Assembly: GCA_951406725.2 (NCBI GenBank)
Contig: OX597825.1
Span: 11,842,001-11,906,000, forward strand
Direction of reading: 5' to 3'
Length of the DNA stretch: 64,000 nt
Origin: Octopus vulgaris
Lineage: Eukaryota
Positions 54,108 to 64,000 of the stretch are shown here, piece by piece. A model generated the notes under the pieces. The model was not told the DNA's origin and did no database searches. It worked only from the letters and a program-made list of their open reading frames with translations. A program made the position numbers and the translations under genes. Each line of letters starts with the position of its first letter. Positions within the stretch are counted from its first letter, which is position 1.

Positions 54108-56686
54108 CATGTATACAGTGATATCTATCCCTATTCCTATATAAACACACATATACATATGTGCGTGTGTGTGTGAGAGTTTGTGTATATGTATAAATAT
54201 AATTATTTGCAAAACCATTTCAGAGAACTGTTCTTTTATAACATCAACTCTTCTTCCTCTATTTCTATGAGAATCCATTGAGACGAAGAGCGATGCATTT
54301 TCAAAACAATAACGGTTTCCGAAATCAGCATATTAATTTGCGCTCCTTTCAGAAAGGAGATCAATATTAAGGAAAAATCCCTTTGAAATTAAGAGATATT
54401 TACTTTTATATTCATATATAAAATGCACGAAATATCTATGAATGTTGTATCGCCTATTAAATAAAATATTCGAATTTTTTCCCCTCCTTTCTATGTTCTA
54501 TTATGAATTGAAATGCGGAATGGTGTAATCGATTATAAGTTTCTAGTAATTTATGTCAAATATTTTTTCATGCGAAATGATTAGCATGCTTATTGAGTAT
54601 GTTTGAAATTCGGAAGTAAACCTTTAGAAAGATCCTACTCTACCAAAAATAAACTGAGTAAGGAATTATAAATATTTTATAATATCGTGCTTTAACAAAT
54701 ATAACTTACAAAAGATTTCAAAACATATTTCCGATATGGTAAACACAATTTTCCAAATTTATATTTATATTTTACATTTATATTTTATTTTTAGGCTTAA
54801 GTTATATTATATAGGATTATTTCTGAATCTCATATTTTCTATTAATGAAGAATATTCTAAGGCAGATTCACTGAACTACTTTGTGAATTGCCAGCTTGAT
54901 ATATTTTAATTATATCTTTCTATTGTTACGTAAGTCGGCCATCTGGCGTAGATATGGTTGCTATGTCTGTTGCATTATTGAGTTGCAGCAACTCGTGGTG
55001 AGTAAGCAATGCACGGACAACAAGCATAATGCATCCTGGTCTGTGTTGCTAATTCGAGATATCTGAATGTCAATCGGTTGAAATAGTTTAAAAGTACATA
55101 ACTTCTATGAAACCAATATCAAATATCAGACCTGTATAGGGTCGATCTCTGTGTATATGTATTCGGTGATGAGAGTGTATATTCGCTATTCCTCGATAAA
55201 GATTCAATATACGATCAACTGAAAAAGGTGCTCATGAACGTGGGAGTTGCTGAAAGCCCACAACCCCAACACAAACCTCACACAATCAGCGTCGTGTAGT
55301 GTGTGGCGAATATCTATTTGTTGATTTATGGATAAAATCCACCCGACTTGTATCTATAGATTTTCTACCTGGCTAGTTCCACTCAAAATTCATTGGTCAA
55401 ACTGTGGTGACAGAAAAATTACATTTTCCCAGGTTGCCATCGGTTTCCAGAATGGAGCGAACCCAGCGCCTTGCAGTTGCGATAGAAAATTCTTAACTAT
55501 TCAGACATGCTGCGGCTTTTATTCTTACACACCCACACATACATGAATAGATTGCAAGATGATTATACATACACGGACACACAAACATGTATATATAATG
55601 TGTGTAAGTATGTATATATACTATATAATACATATATGTATGTGTGTATGCATATTTAAGCAAATTTCCACGAAATTATATTATGTAAGTTATTTTCGAC
55701 ATCTGATCCAATTTATTTATAATTATGCACAAATCATTACTTATTAAAAAGAACATTTATCTATGTAGCATAGTGCAAACTGGAGATTAAAAAAAAATCA
55801 CCCACAATTATATATATTTAGAACATCATCTACATAATAATTACATATGAAAGTTCTTTAATGCATACTTCGTTTATATGTTTTTCCTGTAATCTAGTTA
55901 ATGTTTTTATATAAAATATACTTAGTGCGTATACATTAAATTGGTTATAATTACTATGTGAATAAACAGTTCGTTTTCGTTCCATGTTTGCGCTAATTTG
56001 AATGTTGATCAAATGCTTACATATTCCGAAGTATGATCTTTAATCAAGTCAGCCATTTTAATTCATTTATATTCCGTCCTAATCTACCCATAAATGCAAA
56101 GAAAGTAGAAATCATTATATATTTCAGTAGTGTATCCATCCGTTCATCGGAAATATGTTATCCAACGTTGATGAACATGCTTACATGTTCTTAAGCATAA
56201 TTGCAAGCCGACTTAATAATCATTTATATACAAAATCATTCAACATTTCTGTTATCACGTTTCTCTGAAAAAACATATTTTCCCTCCTCCTCTCTCATTT
56301 TCAAGTGGTCATTTTAATATCCTCAGATTCCATTAAATTTCTTAAAATGCATCTACTTTTCTTGCAGGTCATCAACGACAAATCTAACGTTGCCATATTC
56401 TTTGCTGTTTTCTGCAAGTATAACAATCATTCCTATCTGTATAAGATATGAAGAAAGAAACTTCAACAACCACAGAAGAAGAAGAAGAAGAAGAACAACA
56501 ACAACAACAATGACATGGATTAGATTACTTATTTAAGTATTTAAGTACCAGTCAAGCACTGAGTAACAGTGCAAGTTACAAATTTCTATATGTTGCTAGA
56601 AGTACTACAAATATGGCTCTGCAATTCTGAATATACGTATTTGTACACGCTTATATATTCGTATCGATCAAACTCTCTCTCCCCGA

Positions 56687-56735
<49 letters not shown>

Positions 56736-56763
56736 TATGAGTTATATATATATATATATATGA

Positions 56764-56815
<52 letters not shown>

Positions 56816-56902
56816 ACACATTCTCTTTCTTTCTCGCTCTCTCTATCTATCTCTATCTATCTATCTCTCTCTCTCTTATATATATATATATGTATATCTC
56901 TC

Positions 56903-56971
<69 letters not shown>

Positions 56972-57340
56972 ATATATATATATATACGTATATATTGATC
57001 ATTGAAATCCCACTTGTCTTCTCTTGTTCTTTGAATCATTATCGTTAAAATATTTTTATTTTCAATATGATGGTCATTATTAAATAAATTGCACCAAATA
57101 ATGACGAATTTTCTACTAATTAATCTCAGCGGTGATAATCACCTCGAATATTTACATTATTTTCAATTAGATTTCAAGTATTTACATTTGGTCGGAATTT
57201 CTTTTCGTTTCATTTACGATTTTAATCAAAGTTTGTTCATACCAGCTGGTAGAATTGTAACAAGAAAGACTTTTTTTTGTAAGTGCAATAAAGGTGTAAA
57301 CCTGACATTCTGTCGGTTACAACGACGGCTGTTCGTGAAA

Positions 57341-57871
57341 TTAACCCCTTGGCGCAGGTATTACCCGAAGCATGCGAGACACTGCTCCGATCTTTTTTAT
57401 CTAATGAGGCCACACAAATACACAAGTGCCAACGAGCTCGCATCTATTTACGTTCACCGTTGCAATAACATAGCGTCGTACATTTACGTCTCTCGATTCA
57501 TGAAAACGAACAATGTGAAGCTGTTTATCAGAATATGATAGGCACGAGTTATTCTGCTCAAGTTCATAATATAGCTTGCGTGTGGTACAACTCAAAACAC
57601 GGTATTTATGCATGTAAGTATCCGCATGTCTTTGGTCTACTTCTAGTCTCATGACTTGTACGTAACCTAAAATAGCTAAGATAATGCACGGAACGGCGAG
57701 CGCTCGCACCTCAAGAGATAAAGTCACGATAGCAAACGTAAACATACGTCAGCCGCTAAAAGGTCCGTGATAAATGTAGGGCAGCTCTACATCGTATATT
57801 TACGTTAACCGCGGGTAGGCAAGCAAAAGTGTGATCGTATATTTGCGTCAACCGTTGTCAATGGGTTTTAA
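57341..57871. mobile_element. Possible piggyBac-like MITE with internal repeated motif
   Basis: Starts TTAACCCCTT and ends AATGGGTTTTAA. An ATCGTATATTTRCGT-like motif recurs near 57442, 57465, 57791 and 57835. Confidence 0.35.
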
Positions 57872-58161
57872 CGTGTAAGTGGCTGAGCACTCCGGAGATA
57901 CTGTTACCCTTAACGTAGCTTTCAGGAAAATTTAGCGTGGTACAGAGTAGGACATGGATGGTCCTTTGGAAATACAGCTATAACTCACACATGCCCATAG
58001 GCGCAGGAGTGGCTGTGTGGTAAGTAGCATGCTAACCAACCACATGGTTCTGGGTTCAATCCCACTGCGTGGCATCTTGGGCACGTGTCTTCTGCTATAG
58101 CCCCGGGCCGACCAATGCCTTGTGAGTGGATTTGGTAGGCGGAAACTGAAAGGAGCCTGTC

Positions 58162-58205
<44 letters not shown>

Positions 58206-58556
58206 TTGTGTGTCTGTGTTTGTCCCCCTAGCATTGCTTGACAACCGATGCTGGTGTGTGGTTACGTCCCCGTCACTTAGCGGTTCGGCAAAAGAGACCG
58301 ATAGAATAAGTACTGGGCTTACAAAAGAATAAGTCCCGGGGTCGATTTGCTCGACTAAAGGCGGTGCTCCAGCATGGCCGCAGTCAAATGACTGAAACAA
58401 GTAAAAGAGTAAAGGAGTAAAAGAGTATGCCCGTTGTGTGAACTGGAACAACGGGAAATAAAGGCTTTTGCTTCATGACACAATGCATTGCCGGGAATCG
58501 TACATACGAACTGACGAGCGTGAGCTGGAAAAGCTAACCACCAAGCCAAGCGCCGC
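57865..58556 (-). mobile_element. Old SINE with family A tail, interrupted by a family K SINE
   Basis: Tail part at 57865-57990 and head part at 58435-58556 flank the inserted element. Confidence 0.7.
58000..58427 (+). mobile_element. Full-length family K SINE, nested insertion
   Basis: A box TGGCTGTGTGG, B box GGTTCAATCCC, internal (TA)(TG) tract, tail GGCGGTGCTCCAGCATGGCCGCAGTCAAATGACTGAAAC plus (GTAAAAGA)n. TSD ATGCCC(A/G)T at 57991-57998 and 58427-58434. Confidence 0.92.
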
Positions 58557-60191
58557 CTTCAAACAACGAAAACCGTTAACTCATAACTCATGAAAAATGT
58601 CCTTGATTATTTGTCTTATTCTGTGAGTAGTAAAAATACATTTCGCCTCTGATCAGATAAGTTGAATGCTGTAAATCTTTATCTGTCCTTTATAGTTAAA
58701 TATTTTGCAATTCATACTGTCTGGTGTTATATTTGAAAAAAAAAAAAAACGTATTTCAAGGAATTTTATGTCGTAGTGTTCTCCAAAGTTGGATATATTT
58801 CAACTATAACCCGTATATTTCCCAGTCTTATTCAAGCACCTAATCCTGCTGTGTTGCTCTGATTCTTCATTACCAAAGGTTCATTCGCAATACATCGGAT
58901 GATTCCAGATAAAACAGTTCCATAAAGCTTTGTCTGCAGGGTTATGAATTGCGTCCGTTTGCACAAATATCGACTTCTCTAAGAAGAGAAAATCGACGAA
59001 TAATGTTGAGCAGCGACATCTTAGACGCCATCCAACTGCTGCCACCAGTTGCGGCAAAATGAAATAAAACCATTTATCAGTTTTTCTTCCAGAGAAGCTA
59101 TAAATTTGAGAATACGATATACAGCAATTCACTTATGTAACGTTGCGTGAGTTTACATTTTAATTATCCCGCCGTTGGCGTTGGAATATGGACTGAGCAG
59201 ATTTCATTTCACAAACAATTAGTATATATTCTAATGATATATGTATAGAAATAATGCTATTATTGTAATCTATCGATCGTAGGTCAATTTATATAGACGA
59301 TTTTAAGTTCATTATGAATAACATTATGCCGATATAATTTTACGTAAATGTTCTTAATCCAATCTCTGTTCTTAATGTAATTTCGCATGATAAAACAATC
59401 GAACTCAACTCCGAGTTGATATCCATTCAATATTATTTCGGGTAAATGAGTTCGTGTTCTGATTTCTCTGTCACGTATAAAGTAGTATACACAAAGCTCC
59501 AATATGGTGTTAAAATATGTGTATATGTGTGTATATACATATATGAATACACACACGTGTATATGTACTCACACACACGTACACATATACTCACACACAC
59601 ATGTATATAGGTCTAAATTTGACAGTTTGCTTACAGGGTAAAAGGTACACACTTTACCATCCAAACATAGAAGTACTTTTAAAAGCGAAGGAGTATTGAT
59701 TCGATTATGGTCGAGACTGTAATCACAGTCAGTTTCTCCTGCGACGTCAAGGCAGGGGCGACGATGATGATGGTAGTGGTAGCCATAGGGATCAGGGATG
59801 ACGGAGATAGTAAACAATGTGAAAGACAATAGTGATGGTGGTGGAGAGAAGGGCGGTGAACTCAAAGGTATTGATGGTAGTGGCGTCAGAAATCTGAAAG
59901 GTGTGTCACTTGTGGTGGCGATGGAAGTGGTACTGGTGATCGTGATGTCTGAAAACAATCAGCAGAAAAAGAGAAAGAAAAAGAAAGAGGTTAGATATAT
60001 AAGAAATTGTACTGGCCCCCGAATGGGAAGATAAAGTCTGTTGTTTATCATGCAGCTTTGCAATAAGTTCTAAGTGGACAAATCATATTATTCTTTTGAG
60101 GAAAATATTCATTGCTTGAACAATATTGGTCAAGTTTAATAAAATTTAATAGGTACTCAATGCATGAAGTGTCATTGTAGGGCCCAATGAA

Positions 60192-60240
<49 letters not shown>

Positions 60241-60317
60241 CATATATAGATAGATAGATATATGGATTGGGTGTGTAGTGAGAAGCTTCCTTCCTTACTA
60301 CATGGTTCCAGGTTCAA

Positions 60318-60356
<39 letters not shown>

Positions 60357-60611
60357 TCTTTTACCATATATTTATTTATGTCAAATAAAGGCACAACATC
60401 GAAGATTTTAGTAGATAGTCGAACCCATAGACTATAACATTTACTATTGCAATTTAGAAAAACTGGTCTCTTCTGTCGAACCGTCAAGTTAAACAGAAGT
60501 ACAGGTAAATACTCTCAAGAAGTAAGCACATTAACACACAGATACAGGTACACATAGAGAGATACACGAGCGTGCACACACGAACGAGCAGACACAGACA
60601 TATAAAATAAT

Positions 60612-61042
60612 CTTTCCTCCTCTAGGTACAAGGCCCGAAATTTTGGGGGAAGGGGTCAGTCGATTAGATCGAGCCCATTACACAACTGGTACTTAATTTA
60701 TCGACCCCGAAAGGATGAAAGACAATGTCGGCCTCGGCGGAATTTGAACTCATAACGTAAAGAGAGGCGAAATGCCGCTAAGCATTTTGGCCGACGTGAT
60801 AACGTTTCTTGTGTCCTTATTGCCCACAAGGGGCCAATTATATAGGGGACAAACAAGCACAGACAAAGGGATTAAGTCGATTACATCGACCCCTGTGCCT
60901 AACTGGTACTTAATTTATCGACCCCGAAAGTATGAAAGGCAAAGTCGATCTCGGCAGAATTTGAACTCGGAACGTAAAGACAGATGAAATGCCGCTAAGC
61001 ATTTTGCCCGACGTGCTAACGTTTCTGCCAGCTCACCGCCTT
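60612..61042 (-). mobile_element. Family N SINE, two-unit form, with a perfect 16-bp TSD
   Basis: TSD AGACATATAAAATAAT at 60596-60611 and 61043-61058; two copies of the core. Confidence 0.9.
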
Positions 61043-62050
61043 AGACATATAAAATAATAAAATATCCTTAACGGGTCATAGGCTCATGAGGCCTGTTCTC
61101 CGGATGCTGCATCGCACATAAAACCATGTGAAATGCGTAAATTCACTAAGTACGAACGTTAGATTTTGATACATTAGTGTAACACCAAGATTCACTTAAA
61201 GATGAAAGCCCAATACTAATTTAACGTAACAATACACCTTGTCCTCATCAGAAACGGTTTACTTCAAATATGACTGAATTTGTCATTAGATTATGAGTCA
61301 ATAGAGACAGTTGTATGGATAACGTGATAATATTTGCATTTGATGCTAAAGGCAGTTGTTATATTAATGCTCATCTATAATAGAGTAATTAGTGATCGGC
61401 ATGTAAATTGCTTTCTGTTGCATTGCTACAAAACGATAACGGTGTGTAGTTAGTGCCAAGGTTAGGCAGTGGACAATATAGGGACTACGAAATAAAGGAA
61501 TGTAAGGGAATCTCATGTTCTTTGTTGAATAATCAGGTTGAATGGTAGAAATTGTAGAAACCAAAGCTGAATATTTTATAATTCTTCAGTTTCTACGTGT
61601 TCAGATCAAATAAAATGACTTTATTTTTCATCTCTCCCGGGAATACGTGGTAAAATTTAATGAACGTGCTGGGCTTCGTTGGATTGGCTGTAGTGTCTTT
61701 TTCGCATTTCTTTCTGTAAAGAGATCGATCATTAATGTTTTTGAATACCTTATTCAGTCAAACACGGAAACTTGAGACTCCTTCAAATAATTAACCACCC
61801 ACACGATATTACAGGATAAATGTATAATTCTATAAAACATTTAATATTTTGAATGTCCAATATTAAAATTCCATTTTGAATATTAGAAAGATATTAACTA
61901 TAAAAAAACTGGTGATAAGCCAATTTTATCATGATTTTGTATATAGTATATATTTTTCCGCAATAATGATACTTAACGATCATATGCAGTTCCAATTATT
62001 AATGGAAAGAATTATATCCAGCCATTACACGAAAAATCAGCCATTACACG

Positions 62051-62099
<49 letters not shown>

Positions 62100-62256
62100 T
62101 CCCACAACTAAATTTATGCTAATTTAAAAGAAAAATCAAATATTTATTCTCCTCACGCACTCGCACACACACCCACTCTCACAAACACTTGCACACATCC
62201 ACACGCACACATACCCTCATATATACAAAGACGTGTATATATATATATACACACAT

Positions 62257-62289
<33 letters not shown>

Positions 62290-63074
62290 GATATATATAC
62301 ATATGTATATGTATATATATATATATATATACATACAGATATAAAAACTCATGTATGTGTGTATTTGTATATATTCTTTCATTGTTCAACTTTTTCAGTC
62401 ATTTGAATGCGGTCATGTTGGAGCATGTATACATATATATTTGTATTTATATACATGTGTGTGGTTGTGTGTGTATATATGTAATACTATACGAATGTCC
62501 GCAGAAGTCGCCACTGCATAGTACCAATGGTACCATCGACTTCATCTCCCATAAAAACAAGGCATTGCAACAGCCTCGGTTTCAGAGGTCTCAGCTCTAG
62601 AAAGCCCTGCCAAAACAACTGAGAAATCTGAAAGACATAATATAAAGTAAAAATAGAAGAGAGCTATGCTGCTTAGACCTTAAATATTGAAGCTGGACAT
62701 ATATCAAGTCAGTCAGGAATCGGTGGAATTTACTATTTCTTCGAAGTATATTTATACATATGTATGTAACCACTGAAAGTCCCTGACCTGGAGTTCAATA
62801 GAGACATAGGGATCTTAGATCTGAATAGGATCTGCGCTCTTCCAGCCAAACAAAGACTATATTTAATCTATTCATTCACAGAAGGTATGGATTTCTCGAT
62901 TACTTTGCACTTAATCACATGCGGCGTTTCGTTATCTTTCAAAATTCATACGTAGCTAGGCTATTTAATAGCTTTACTTTTGTCCTTACGTCGGAAAGAG
63001 GCTACGTTATTGACGTACCAATTTTTAAATTCGCCTTCACATAATGCAGTATAGGTTTTCTTATCTGTTGTATT

Positions 63075-64000
63075 ATTATTAGGGTTGCAGTATAAATCCT
63101 AAATTGGATTATGTGAAGGTGAATCTAAAAATCGTTTATCATTTTTCGTTTTCCGTTGTTTACTGTGTTTTCTCTATGCTACCTTCTCATTTTTTTTACC
63201 TGTTTCTTCTATTATTCAATTTCTTTAGTTCGTTATGATATGTGGTTTGCTCCAGAAGATTATGTTTGAATTTTCGCAACACATGAAACTATTTCTAGCG
63301 CTTTGTGACCTTTAAATAAATAATATTTATCTCTCACCAGATGGCGTGACTTTTTTGTTGAGATTTTTTATCACAGATCAGTACATTACACACACACACA
63401 CACACACGTGCGCGTATTTACTTGCAAAAATCTTTTTCAGGTTAGGTTTTACATCCTCTTTGGTGTTGACCTCCGGAATTTCAAGAAACAGAAGTAGGTG
63501 GAAATCTACCAGCGCCGGCTCGGAGGAATACAGAGAATGCTGCAAAAAGTCCCAGCCAAGCCCCATAACTTCGACTATGTCTTCTAAGAAGTGTGCAGTC
63601 TGGTATTGCCGTGATGGAAGACAATGCTCTTAGGATTAGCGAGTGGTAGACGCTTTTGATGGATCACAGCTGTTCTTAATACACATATGAATTAATGGCC
63701 CTGTCCGTGGGGTAACTCGTAGAAGAGAACACCATTCCAGCCTCACCAAATTGATACCATTGCCTTCTTCTGGTGAAATCCTGTTTTGAAGTTTGCTTGT
63801 GGTTTTTCACAGTGCATGCCACACGATCATTTGTTGCGCTGCACTAAGTTTGATGCTAAATATTGAGTTTGAAAAAAGCATAAGCTGTTGGTAATATTCG
63901 TTTTTTTTTTATGAACCCACGCCCAACTATACAAATTGCAAGTTCGTATCCAATTACGTAGTAGTGTCGAGTATCTAAAGAGCTCGCAGTCACAACGAAC
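63075..64000 (-). mobile_element. Decayed mariner transposase
   Basis: Minus strand, in order: WVHK (cf. WVPHEL), HQKKAMVSIW*GWNGVLFYE, IVFHHGNTR (cf. HDNARPH), LGWDFLQHSLYSSEPALVDFHL (cf. YSPDLAPSDFHL), KIFASK. Confidence 0.8.

Noticed and set aside
56368-56417. Possible 50-bp exon after a strong acceptor (TTTTCTTGCAG|G)
   Set aside because: Weak donor (AA|GTATAA), unrecognised peptide and no partner exons; it would need RNA-seq support.
58881-59132. 83-aa minus-strand ORF in non-repetitive sequence
   Set aside because: No recognisable motif or splice structure; the length is within chance expectation.
59798-60034. ORF with a Gly-rich segment and a KKRKKKK basic patch
   Set aside because: Looks like a decayed (GGT/GAT) repeat plus an A-rich tract; no recognisable domain.

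Overview
AT-rich, microsatellite-dense eukaryotic non-coding DNA. The repeat landscape (tRNA-derived SINEs with a Nin/Deu-like core, very abundant (TA)n, (CA)n, (TATG)n and (TAA)n) is most consistent with a cephalopod, probably Octopus (inference). I could not support any host protein-coding gene, and nearly all ORFs in the track are microsatellite translations. The only clean coding stretch is a 5'-truncated CR1/L2-group LINE reverse transcriptase fragment (23252-24181). The rest is SINEs (several with target-site duplications), decayed mariner, RTE, REL-type LINE and Penelope-like fragments, and simple repeats. The main finding is a set of minimal type-I hammerhead ribozyme (HHR) motifs of the kind carried by Penelope-like elements. 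One has an intact core and occurs twice, head-to-head, inside a perfect 324-bp spacerless palindrome (2134-2457). At least five degenerate motifs lie in other short repeats, and one tRNA-headed (Pol III-like) element ends in a hammerhead remnant (8163-8446), a candidate Penelope-mobilised SINE or retrozyme. A second finding is a structurally covarying 3' hairpin shared by two LINEs and one SINE family. All alignments were made by eye; no searches were run.
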